Source: Piromyces finnis finn
Taxonomy: Eukaryota; Fungi; Neocallimastigomycota
DNA length: 64,000 nucleotides
Assembly: GCA_002104945.1 (NCBI GenBank)
Contig: MCFH01000009.1
Span: 558,001 to 622,000 of the forward strand
Reading direction: 5' to 3'
Numbering within the stretch: the stretch's first letter is position 1; the number at the start of each line of letters is the position of its first letter. Positions 48,799-61,029 of this stretch are shown here, in pieces. Under the pieces are notes generated by a model. It was given only the letters and a program-made list of their open reading frames with translations. It was not told the DNA's origin and did no database searches. A program made the translations under genes and the position numbers.

Positions 48799-50125
48799 CG
48801 GAATAAAAATTATTGGTCAATGTCATGTTGTACATTAAACTAATAAATCTACCACTATTATTGGTTAATTTATAAATGTATTTTTTGTATTTACTAATTT
48901 ATACAAGTCTTTCTATCAATATTTATTTTCTATTATAAATTCTACTTCTGTGGATATAAATGAATTACTTTTTTTTTATATTCCAGATATTATTTAATAC
49001 ATACATATAATATACTTTATACGTAACAACTTTACATTAAATATTAATATTTTGGATGTGGATTATCCACAAAAATATTGTGTAACAAATATTAAAATTC
49101 TAGCATTTTAATTATAATATATAACCTACTTTAAATGATAATACCATAATTTATGTATTTAAGCTCAGTAAAAAATAAAAAAAAATCATTAATTTAAAGC
49201 TTTAAATATTCTTATTAAAAATAGTTTCTTTTACCAAAATTTTTAATTTTTCTAATCAATTTTATAAGAATCTTAAAGAATTAGTAGATAATTAAATGGA
49301 ATAGCTATTATAAGATTATAAGATATGAAATAGAATCACATTTTTTTTTATTAATAATATTATTTTTATTACTATAAAATTAAATAATTGTATAAGTAAC
49401 AATTCATTTATATAATAATTTTCTTTACTAATATTATATATATATCGATTTTTTTTTTTTTTTTTTTTTTGCTAAAGTAGTTTTAATATGAAAATAATTT
49501 TTAGTTTAAACAATATATGCATTAAAAATTTTCGAATTTAAGAAAATATGTTTATATATTTAGGTATATAATAAGCATTTATTTATATTTATATTTTATT
49601 CGTAATTAAACTATTTATTTTTAGATCGCAATTGTCCCAAACAATTATAACTAATAAAATAAATAATATTAATATTTTTATATAGAGATTGTTTTAAATT
49701 ATTTAAGAAATTTCCTTTTAGAAGATAACTTTTAACATAACTTTTTTATTTCTAATGTAATATATGTCAATATACATATAAATTTATTTCAATATAAAAT
49801 TAAATTTTGCGGAAGTAATTAATTTATTCCGCTTCTTTTAAGTAGTATATTACTATTAATTTTACATCATATAAATACTACTGTTTATAATAAAAATACT
49901 ATTTATAAAAAATAATATGAATTTTTAGTTTGTTTAGTAATTTTCTTATATTTATGTAAATAATCTGATTGATAACTTTTATTTAATATGATTATAGATT
50001 ATATATTCTTATTTGATTATTAACTTTGCTATTAAATAGATATTTATAATTCATTTTTATAAAAAAAAAAATAGTAATTTATAAGTTTATACAAAAAAAA
50101 AAAAAAATCTTCCAAACTGTAATCT

Positions 50126-52260
50126 TTATTTTTCAATTAAAAATCCATTTTTTTTTGAAAAATTATTATATATAGTTTCTAATTGCTTTTTTAATTTAAT
50201 ATCATTGTCCATTACATAACTTATAGCCCTTTTTGATACTTCAAAGAGTTGTTTTTTGTTAAGTTTATTAATTAAACCAAATATTAAATATTCATCTGAA
50301 AGATCACAATTAAATATTCCTTTATCATCAGTCTATTTATAAATATTTATTTATTATTAGAAACGAAAAAAAAGTTATATATTTAAAATAAAATAATAAA
50401 CTTTAATATTTTTGATAATTAATATTTATATTTACACAAATAGTAAATGGCTGGTCATTTTTCATATATTCAATACATGGATGGACATCATAAGATTTAA
50501 CTGTACGACAAATAATATTTGAAGTAATACAGGTTTCGACTAAAAATGAATCGAAATAAATTTTATTTATTTAAAATCTTTTTTATGTTTGAAGGATATA
50601 TATAGGATCTATTATTAAAATATTAAGAAATTTATTTATCATTTCCTACTTGCAACATTATTATCCTTTGCCCATTTTAAAAGGTCATCTTCTAAGAAAG
50701 TACAATGTCCCATTCTATTAGGTGATACCTCGATCATATTTAAATTATCTTCTCTACAATTTGGGATTTCTGCTACATGAAGTGTAACTGTTTTAAGATA
50801 TATTTTAAAATATATTTAAGATTTATCATATTTTTTTTTTAATAATTTATATAAGCGCATATATGAATGTAATATATATCTACCACTAAGATTATTTTTC
50901 TTAGCATAATGAAATGCTGGTTTTATTCTTAAAAATTCACCACCATTTGTATTTCCACACATATCTACTCCAACAACTATTCCAGTGGATTTTAATTCAA
51001 TAGCTAAATTGACTGTTTCCATTGCTTCCTCTAAGGATGCTTTTCTATCAATACTCAATATTAAGCGAACAATAATATCATTTTTTTTATTTATTTCATT
51101 TATGACTGAAATAAGAGTTTCTGCATAATTTTTTTTTTTCATACCTTTTATGAATTCGAAAATGTATTTAAATTATATAATTTTAATAAGTATAATTTAT
51201 TTATATTTTCTATTTTTAAAAAATTTGGTTACCTTTTTCTAAGTTTTGCCTAGGTGTTGATCTTAATTCAATATAACAAACACCGTCAGCAGCAAATTCT
51301 TTCATTATTAACAAACAGAAATAATTATTAAGATGATTACAAATATAGAAATTTTCTTATTAAATAAAACAATTTTTAAAACAATAAAATTTTAAATTTT
51401 TATTATTTTATTTTGTATCAACCTTTTAATACATTTCTTGTAATATATTCTATTGACTATTAATATTTTTAAAAATTAATAAATGTAATATTATTTCTAT
51501 TTATTTTATTGTAATTATCAAAACTTACTTCAGTGTTATCTGTCAATCTATATACTGTATTGAACAATGGAAAAAAACTGTTTTGTAAATAAAGCGTTTA
51601 TATATATTTCATAAATAATTGGTTCATTCTTTTTTTATTATTATTTTTTTTTTCTTAAAAAAAAAAAAAATTACTCTTCTAATTGAAAATTTGGTTGAAT
51701 AAGTTTTTTAACTGCAAATCCAGCCAAGTCTGGTTCCTTTCCTTTTCTTTGTTCAATTAATTCATTCATAGTTTTTGGAGTAATAGAACCATTTACTTTT
51801 TTATGACAATGATAAAAAAAGATATATAAGGAATATAATATAATATTATATCTTAATTATAAATTCTTTTTTTCTTTTTTTTTTTTTTTAGAAAATTTTA
51901 AAAAAATTAAAATTCAAATGCTTACAATGTGCATGAAATTCCTAAGTTAACATAATTTTTTATTTAAAAGAATAATAATTATAATTGTATTAATATTAAC
52001 ATTAATAATATTATCATTATCATTATCATTATTATTGTTATAATTTTAGTAATGTCAAATGTAATAGAAATTTATACATTTTCATTATTATTATTATATT
52101 TTTTTTTCATTACTATTTTAGGTTTTAGTCAAAATATTATTAATAAATAAATATTTTATACAATTTTAGGTAGTTCCACACAATATTGCTTAAACTCTTC
52201 CCAAGAACCATAATTTTCTTTAACAAAATCTTCGTATATGCTTTTGTCAAATTTATCCAT
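50126..52260 (-). CDS. ADAL: Adenosine deaminase-like protein (ADAL/MAPDA type, N6-methyl-AMP deaminase family), multi-exon
   Basis: LPKIEFHAHLNGSI, YIELRSTPR, VRLILSIDR, VGVDMCG, TLHVAE, RMGHCTFL, ICTDDKGIF. Metal and catalytic residues are intact. Confidence 0.8.
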
Positions 52261-53048
52261 TTCCTTCTAAACTTAAATAACAAGTAAATTTTTATTCTAT
52301 ACAAAATTAAAATTTTTAAAATAAAAAAAATTATTATATTTATTATTTCATTAAGTGATTATAGCTTTAAAATTGCTCAGGTATAAATTTCATGTATTTC
52401 CTTAAATATATAATTTTTTGTCAACAACAAAATTTAAAGTTTATCCAATTAATATTTTTATTCTTATATTAAAATTTATAAAAAAAATTCTAAAATGTAA
52501 AATGTAAAAAAAAAAAAAATAAATATATATACATTTTCTTTTATCATCCTTATAATATAAAGCCGACTTTTCTGTACGTTTAACAAAGAATAATGAACTT
52601 TAAATATTTCATTAAATTTTAAACTATATTAAATATAGATTCATTTTAGTTATTTTTATTCATTACTTTCTTTTGCTTTTTCATTTTTTATTATTGGAAT
52701 AGTTTTACTTCAACCTTTTTAAAAATGAAAAGTTTTTATTTTTCATAAATTAAACTAAAAAGATCCTTAATACTCTTTATTTTATTAAATGGTTACAATG
52801 ATCATACTACCAATATTTTAATAGAGAATAACAATTTATATTTTATAATTTTTCCAATTTGTTTTAAAAGCTATTTTTATTTTTTCATTATTTTTATGTG
52901 TTTTAACATAAATGGTGGGTCTTAAATATTTTTTATATATTTAATGGTTTTTATTATTATATACTGGTTAGCAATGATTATTACTTTTTTTATTTATTTT
53001 TTTCTGAAATAATATAGTAAACATACATTTTTATATATTTAATTGTCG

Positions 53049-53081
<33 letters not shown>

Positions 53082-53678
53082 AAATTGTAGCTTTGAATAA
53101 TATATACATATTTTTTTTCTTTATATCTGACCAAATTAGTAAAAAGTGACATAAATAAAAAAATATTTAATTATAACCATCAAAAATTATTATAGAATAC
53201 TATATAATATAATAAGTAAGGAAGCAATAATTTCTAATTTTATATTTATATATTATTAATAATAAAAATAAAACTTGTTTGTTTAAAATTTTATCATATT
53301 TGTATTTTTATATCAATTTATATAATTAATATTCTTATATTTTATATGAATTACTGATCATTTATCAAAATTAACTTTTTCACAAAATATAAAATATTTT
53401 AATATTAAAATAAATGTAAAACTATATTTATTTTTACATTTCATTTATATTATTATCATTAATATTTTTCTTTTTTTTTTAAATTTTAGTATAAATTATT
53501 TGTTTTTGAAGTATAATAACTAATTTAAGTTTATTGGTTTTTTTTTATTACAAAATAAGATATATCAAACAAACCAAAAGTTTAAATAATTTTATTAAAG
53601 TTATATTTTTTTGTGGAAACGTAACAAAATTAAATCATAATTAAAATCTAATTATACACTTGATAATTAATAATTAAA

Positions 53679-54734
53679 ATGGTATGAATTAATATCAACA
53701 ATTATATATATAAATAGTATTCTATATATTAAGTGTAAATGTATTCTTTAATATAATATCAAAGTCTGTTGATAATTTATCACCAACTGTTGTTAAAAGA
53801 ATTATTAAAGAAGTTACTGCCTTAACCCAGAAACCACCAGGTAATATTATTTAAATTTATATAAAATTTGCATATGTTAAATGAACAATTGATGGTGAAC
53901 TTTATACTTAAATAATATATACATTATTAATATATTCTATATAAAAAATTAAAATTATAATAATGTAATAAAATAGAGGGTATTTGTATAATTGAAAAAG
54001 AGGAAAATATTTGTGATATCCAAGCAATTATTAAAGGACCAGAAGGAACTCCATATGAAGGTGGTGCTTTTCAAATTAAATTAGTATTAGGGAGTGATTT
54101 TCCAGTATCACCTCCAAAAGGTTAGTTCAATTAATGTGAATAATAAAATGCAATAAAATATTTTGATATAATATATTTATATTCTTTTTAATATTTAATT
54201 TCTTTTCAGGCTATTTTTTAACCAAAATATTCCACCCAAATGTTTCAAATGCTGGTGAAATTTGTGTCAATACCTTAAAGAAGGATTGGAAAAAAGAATT
54301 GGGTATTGAACATATATTATTGGTAAATATAAAGCTAATTACAATATAGAAGTTTATAATTCAAAACTTATTAATAAGTTTGTATAAATTGATTTATGAG
54401 ATGTTAGACTATAAAATGTCTTCTTATTGTACCAAATCCAGAATCGGCGTTAAATGAAGAAGCTGGAAAGCTTCTTCTTGAGGATTATGACGAATACGCA
54501 AGACATGCTAAGATGTTTACTAAGGTCCATGCTGTAAGCACTTTACAAAAATATAAATTATTAACAAAGGATAAAAATGATACCACAAAAAATAAGGATA
54601 CAAAGAACGATATACCAAACACTAAACAAATAAAATCAAAACCCAGCAATACTTTAAATGTTAATAAAAAACGTGTTGCTGATAAAAAAATACAAAAATC
54701 GAATGACAAAAAGAAAAGTCTAAGAAGATTATAA
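53679..54734 (+). CDS. UBE2S: Ubiquitin-conjugating enzyme E2 S (K11-chain, APC/C partner); the first exon's coding part is ATG only
   Basis: [17 protein letters not shown]..., [42 protein letters not shown], and the diagnostic tail DKKKSLRRL. Confidence 0.92.
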
Positions 54735-55250
54735 TTTAAATGTATATTTATTATTTATTCAATAATATATATTTTAGTTTTTTTTTTAAAAAAAATAATA
54801 CTCATATCACAATAATATATATATATTTTAAAATTATGTATCGAATTTAAATATATTTACTATGATTAACAAGGTACATACAATTTGAAAATAACACATT
54901 TTACATTTCAATTTATTTATCTTGGTGGTTTTTAATATTAAAAATTTAATATTTATAATTTATAATTATGAAATCATTAATTTATTTAAAAATTATAAAA
55001 TTACACATACACATAAAATATATACAGAAACTTTAAATTATTGTAAATTTAATTAAAATTTGTGAACTTCAATAAATTATAAAGCTTAATTATATATCAA
55101 GAAAAATAATTGGGTTATAAGAAGAGTAATATTTACAATGTAACTTTTTCTCTTTCTTAACCTTATTAATAAAATTATATAAATTATAAATATTATATTT
55201 AAATATAATAAGTATTTCTTTTGAAACATTAAAATTTAATAAATAAGAAA

Positions 55251-55757
55251 ATGAATTTTAAATTATTAAGTGCTTTATTTATTATTAATTTATTATTATT
55301 ATTAGTAAATTGTAATAATCCCACTGTTAGGGTTATTTCTAATCCGGGAGATGCATTATTTAGTTGGATGGAATTTGCCAAATATATAGGATCAGAAACT
55401 AATGCTGCTATTTTAGATTTAGAACTCGTTACTAAATATCCAAATGCTACAATTAGTGATTCCTATGTTATAAAACAATTCATTAATAATTTTAATGAAG
55501 TTATAAACAATGATTTTGAAAATAATAAAGAAAAAAGACAATGTTTTCAATGTGGATATGCTTGAGCATGTGTAAATACTTGTTCAAATGGAAAGCCATC
55601 TAAATGTGAAGAGAATTGTGTTAGTGAAGCACTTGATAAAGCAACTGATGGTATAGGTCATTTTTTATTTGATATTATTGGTTTACCATTAGCTGAAATT
55701 GATTTTTCTTTTAATGTTATGAAATGAAATGCATGTATAGATGTTAATTTTATTTAA
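55251..55757 (+). pseudogene. Secreted Cys-rich protein, interrupted by two in-frame TGA codons (55563, 55725)
   Basis: Signal peptide MNFKLLSALFIINLLLLLVNC and a Kex2-like KR site. Frame continues CFQCGYA*ACVNTCSNGKPSKCEENC...VMK*NACIDVNFI to TAA. Confidence 0.5.
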
Positions 55758-55957
55758 TTATAATATTAATTAAATAATTTAAAATATATATCTTAATTTA
55801 TATAAATACTAATTATATATATATATATATAAAATAATATTGAGTTATTTTATATATCTATTAAAATATCAAATAAAAAAAAAATAAAAATAAAAAATAA
55901 AAAAAAATATTATTAATTAATAAAAATAAAAGTAATTTAAAAATCAATTAAAAAAAA

Positions 55958-56878
55958 TTGAATAATACTTATTCTATTTACTCTAGTAACAATCTAAATT
56001 ACGAATCGTGTGCCTGTCTAGAAAGTGACGATATCAACACCGTATATTATGAAAGAATATTCAGAGAAAAAAAAAAGAAAAATATTTCTTTGATATATGA
56101 CTATGTAGAAAAGACAGAAAATAAGCCATCTTTATGTATTCCAATGTTTATATACAATGATAATATTGAACACATCCCAACAACTGAGGTAAGTGAATGC
56201 TTGTCGGATTCATACAACATTGGTTGGATACAAGCTAACGGCAAAAGCTTGACAGCAACAAACAATATAAAGTCCGAATTTATTCTAGATATTTGTAATC
56301 CTGATGATGAATCCCAACAATGGTACATACCAGACTATAACAACCATAAAGACGGATACTTAGTGAATGTCTACGACAGTTCCTTGAGCTTAACTATAAA
56401 TGCGAATCAAACAGCAGCACCGACTATTGAATTGTGTAAGGATAGTAATAAATTTAATAATATAAACTCAAATTTATTAAAATATAATAATAAATGTTTA
56501 GGTTCCTTATCTTACAATGGTATAATGGTGAATCTAAACGATTACAATGAAAAGAATCTAGACCAATTTTTGTACGTTCATTATCCTACCACTACCACCA
56601 CTACCTCTAATAAAAAAAAAACTACTACTACTAAAAAAACTACAACAGTCAATACGATTGTTATGAGTGAAATGTGTACACCAAATTCAATCATTAAGGA
56701 TATTATTAAAACAAGTAATAAATATAGCATTATTTCTTCTTTAAGTAGTAATAAATGTCTTGGAATCCTACCATCCGATAATGAAAACGAAACTCGTCTT
56801 AATCTTAATTTATGTAGTAAATATAGCAATGATCAATATTGGGAAATACGTACCACAAATCCAAATACTTCAAATTAA
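55958..56878 (+). CDS. Ricin-B/beta-trefoil lectin-like repeats with Thr-rich linker; lacks an ATG start, probably the 3' part of a broken or spliced secreted-protein gene
   Basis: QxW-type motifs (CNPDDESQQWY, CSKYSNDQYWE), NKCLG repeats, TTTTTTSNKKKTTTTKKTTT linker. Confidence 0.55.
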   Translation: MNNTYSIYSSNNLNYESCACLESDDINTVYYERIFREKKKKNISLIYDYVEKTENKPSLCIPMFIYNDNIEHIPTTEVSECLSDSYNIGWIQANGKSLTATNNIKSEFILDICNPDDESQQWYIPDYNNHKDGYLVNVYDSSLSLTINANQTAAPTIELCKDSNKFNNINSNLLKYNNKCLGSLSYNGIMVNLNDYNEKNLDQFLYVHYPTTTTTTSNKKKTTTTKKTTTVNTIVMSEMCTPNSIIKDIIKTSNKYSIISSLSSNKCLGILPSDNENETRLNLNLCSKYSNDQYWEIRTTNPNTSN

Positions 56879-56924
56879 TTTTAAATTTAAAATATGAAGT
56901 AATTTAAATTAGTTTGTTTTAATT

Positions 56925-57268
56925 TAAAATAAAATAAAATAAAATAAAATAAAATAAAATAAAATAAAATAAAATAAAATAAAATAAATAAAATAAAATA
57001 AAATAAAATAAAATAAAATAAAATAAAATAAAATAAAATAAAATAAAATAAAATAAAATAAAATAAAATAAAATAAAATAAAATAAAATAAAATAAAATA
57101 AAATAAAATAAAATAAAATAAATAAAATAAAATAAAATAAAATAAAATAAAATAAAATAAAATAAAATAAAATAAAATAAAATAAAATAAAATAAAATAA
57201 AATAAAATAAAATAAAATAAAATAAAATAAAATAAAATAAAATGAAATGAAATGAAATAAAAATAAAA
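56925..57268. repeat. (AAAAT)n pentanucleotide array
   Basis: About 340 bp of near-perfect array ending in AAATG variants. Confidence 0.97.
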
Positions 57269-57724
57269 GTATCAAATAGTTAATAATAATAAGTTAAAAT
57301 AGAGTAGGATTGAATAAGATATCCTAGCTTTTTTTTTTTTTTATCTTATAAGGCAAAAAAAAATAATTAATGAATAATGTTAAATACTAAATTATAATCT
57401 AATGTATTCATTATTATAAACTATTATATCTAGATAGTAATAAGAAAAAAGTATATAAATAAAAGTAAAATAAAAAATTTTAAAATTTTAAATATAGACC
57501 ATTAAAATAGCATAATAAATTATTTCGTTTTATTTTGCTTTATTTAATTTATATATTAATTTAATAATTTAATATGACTACAAATACAAAGGATTTTAAT
57601 AATTTTTATAATATATATATAATTACCCATGTTAAATTGTTAATTGTATAATTATTTTAAAAGATAAAGTCTGACTATGATAATAATTTTTGTATTTAAA
57701 TATTTTGAAATATGACATGCTATT

Positions 57725-57818
57725 TAAATAAAATAAAATAAAATAAAATAAAATAAAATAAAATAAAATAAAATAAAATAAAATAAAATAAAATAAAATA
57801 AAATAAAATAAAATAAAA
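57725..57818. repeat. Second (AAAAT)n array
   Basis: Directly visible. Confidence 0.95.
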
Positions 57819-58532
57819 CTTGATGGAAATATATATATATTATTTAAAGCATTAAAAACACAAAGTTACAATTATATTTAAAATATATAAAGGTTAAATT
57901 AAAATTTCAAATATATATATATTTAATAATCATATTTAGGGTTTTATTTTTGCTTTTATATATACATTCATTATTTCTCAATATACCTTTTATTACCGAT
58001 ATTAAACTTAATATAAATTTTTATTAGGAATCTGGGTTTAGTTGAATTGTATCCTTTCAATAAAGCTTATTTTAATTTTTCATCTAATCTATCACACAGC
58101 ATTAGGTTATATTAATAATATTAAATAACTAATATATTTTATCTTTTGAAACTGTCAAGTTTAATAATATGTAAACAGAAACCTTTTTTTTTTTTATTTT
58201 ATTTTATTATCAATTGATATAAATTTCTTTTTGTATATAACATTTTCCAGCTAATAACAATAATAGTAAACATAACAGTTAAGTATTCCATTCAATAATA
58301 ATATTAATGGTAAAAATCAATTTAAGGAATGAACCTACATTTGCATATATCTATATATTTAAAATAAGATTATAACTAAAAGAGATACAAATAATAAAAC
58401 CATATTGAATTTTAAATTGCTACCATCACTGCATTCCGTTGATTTTAAATATTCAGTAGTATTTTTTATATGTAAGAGATTACTTTTTAAAACATCGTTT
58501 GAATTTATATATTCTTCACTTAACTATTTATC

Positions 58533-58748
58533 TTCATTAAATAATTCAAAGGCCTTAATTATATTTTCTCTGCATTATTTTGAATATTCATTAAATAATT
58601 CAAAGGCCTTAATTGTATTTTCTCTGCATTATTTTGAATATTCATTAAATAATTCAAAGGCCTTAATTGTATTTTCTCTGCATTATTTTGAATATTCATT
58701 AAATAATTCAAAGGCCTTAATTGTATTTTCTCTGCATTATTTTGAATG
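58533..58748. repeat. 54-bp tandem repeat, 4 copies
   Basis: Unit TTCATTAAATAATTCAAAGGCCTTAATTGTATTTTCTCTGCATTATTTTGAATA starting at 58533, 58587, 58641 and 58695. Confidence 0.95.
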
Positions 58749-58763
58749 ACATGGTTTTATATC

Positions 58764-59318
58764 GTCGTTCCAGTTTTTATCCTGGTTGTTAAGGCGTTTC
58801 CTTAGCATACATAAGGCTTCTGGTTCGACCCCGCAGATGTCAGTGCCTGTGGATTTTCCCACTGGGTTTGCCATGGGTTGGGTTATGATATTCAGGTAAG
58901 TATAAATGAACTTTCTAATTTACTACTATGATAATAACACTCGTCTAGCCGGCCTGAGAGGGTCTAGTGTACATGGTACATTCCAAATTAGAACTTAATA
59001 AGTGGTGACTTAGGCTATGCCAAAAACACATAATATTCCTTAATCAATTTAAGTGTAAACATTAGGGGGCGGTTGACACGTGATCAAATTGACTATAAGA
59101 GGCTTAGCATTGTAGTTGTGAAATATCGTACAACGATATGCATCTAATGTACATGGATTAAGTGAGCGTCGAAGCTGAAGAAACAGTATGACAGACCAGG
59201 AGGGTCACAACCACCTAGCAATAGGAATGAGCCAACGTTTCTCTAAGAACCACCATTGGAGCTAACTCTGATCGATGGGAGAAATGCACTCGGAAGTTAA
59301 AAAAAAAAAAAAAAAAAA
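58764..59318 (+). mobile_element. tRNA-derived SINE, copy 2 (full length, ~20-nt poly(A) tail)
   Basis: 13-bp TSD ATGGTTTTATATC at 58751-58763 and 59319-59331. tRNA-like D, anticodon and T arms with a B-box. Only two substitutions versus copy 1 in my by-eye alignment. Confidence 0.88.
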
Positions 59319-59748
59319 ATGGTTTTATATCATATTCATAAATATCTTCCTTTTCTTTTGGATTCAAAAAGTGAACATCATTATATAAATAAGTATATGG
59401 ACATCGCTCATAAGTTCCATAGAAGAAACAATAATCAAAATATTTTACTTTAAGTATTGAATAATCATTAAAACTATCGTAAAATATAAAATATGAATTA
59501 TACTTTATTTTTTGAATAACTTATTTTATTTTTTTTAACGGCATCAAATATTTTTATACTTTATTATTAATTTAATTAAAATTATAATACATGTTACTAA
59601 AAATAAAATTAAAATAAAAGTAAAAAAATAAAAATTAAAAAATAGGGTTAAATAAACACAAATGAATAAAAATTGGGTATAATGTATTCTAGTAATTTTA
59701 ATTGAAGTAAGAAAGCCACTATTATACTAAAGTATAATAATTGTATTT

Positions 59749-60700
59749 GACTTCCAATGGGACACCGAGTCAACGATCAAAATTTTGGCATTTGTCATTT
59801 ATCATGGGACAAAATTATGATCTCCATTGGTTGCGCTGGCCCTCCTGGCCTGTCTTACTGTTTCTTCAGCATTGACGCTTTTGGATGTCGCTTAAAACCA
59901 AACCCTTTGAACATTGACCATTGCTGGCTAATAACAAAAGGTATGATTTCGGTTAGAAGTTCCGCTGTTACCATCAAGAAGGGTGTTCCTTCGTAAGTGC
60001 CTGATTGAATCTGACGCTTGCAAAGTTCTTTCCATTCCCTTGAATTGTAGTTGATGTTGTTAAAACTTCTTCCCCCAAGAAGGAATTTAAATATTTTATT
60101 GCACACACTAGAATAATCATATACATTAATATTCACAGGATTGTTAGAACTATTACTATTATTAACTAAATTACTATCTAAATTAGAATTATTGTCTTCG
60201 CTATTGCTATTACCCCTATTATTAAAATTATTATCATTAATATTACTAATGTTTCTAATACAATTATTATTATCATTATTATTATAATTATTATTATTAT
60301 TGCTATTTCTTCTAATATTAACATTTTCATTACTGTTGATAGAACTGTTGGAATTACGTTGACTGAAAAATTTTAATAGTTGGACTATGTAATTGTAATA
60401 TTTAATACAAATATCTCTAAAAGTTGGTCAATCTAATAACCAATGTTTAATATTTTGATCTCCACTCTTGCACTCTTGCAACATGGACAGTAATTGGGAC
60501 AAACTGGATCAACAAATTTAGCGGCTTTTGCAACTCTAGCATCCAACTTGTATCCGCTTCTTGCTTTTAATACCCGGTAGAAACCATAGGCATACTCTGG
60601 ATACTCATAGCACAATTTAATAAAGTCTTTAGTTTCAATAAATTTATTATCGTCATAGTATTGACCTTTGATTGAATGAATAACTTATTATATTTACAGA
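59749..60700 (-). mobile_element. 5'-truncated, degenerate non-LTR retrotransposon (LINE): ORF2 C-terminus plus 3'UTR
   Basis: LKARSGYKL..CPNYCPCCK..(frameshift)..KHWLLD*PTFRD is a decayed CCHC zinc finger. Followed by an Asn-rich linker and IFKFLLGG...SMLKKQ*. The tail is homologous to the SINE 3' end. Confidence 0.7.
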
Positions 60701-61029
60701 ATATTATAATTTTAAATAGACGCTCTTAAATATAATGTACTTATAATAGTATAATAGTATATACAGTATAAGTAAAAAAAAAAAAAATTAAAGCTACTAA
60801 ATTGGCATGCTTTTTTAAAATATGCTTTTTTTTATTTATGATTTTTTTTTTTTTAAAAAAAAAAAATAGTTTATTGTATTAAAATATTAATATTAAAAAT
60901 ATATTATAAATATTAATATTTTTAATTTCTAAATCTTTATTATTTAAATTATTTACAGCATTAGCAATATAATTGAAAGAATATTTTAAACTTCATTATC
61001 GACATATATATATATATATATTTTTTTTT

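Noticed and set aside
49063-49071. Bacterial DnaA box TTATCCACA
   Set aside because: A single 9-mer in a eukaryotic intergenic region, expected by chance.
56919-57275. 118-aa ORF of ILFYF repeats
   Set aside because: It is only the translation of the (AAAAT)n array.
58533-58748. CRISPR array
   Set aside because: Head-to-tail repeats with no spacers, no cas genes, and a eukaryotic context.
58790-58835. Functional tRNA gene
   Set aside because: No acceptor stem, non-canonical anticodon loop, and embedded in a poly(A)/TSD element.
59165-59290. Hammerhead ribozyme (CTGAAGA ... GAAA)
   Set aside because: I could not build the stems, and the motif is explained by LINE codons LKKQ.
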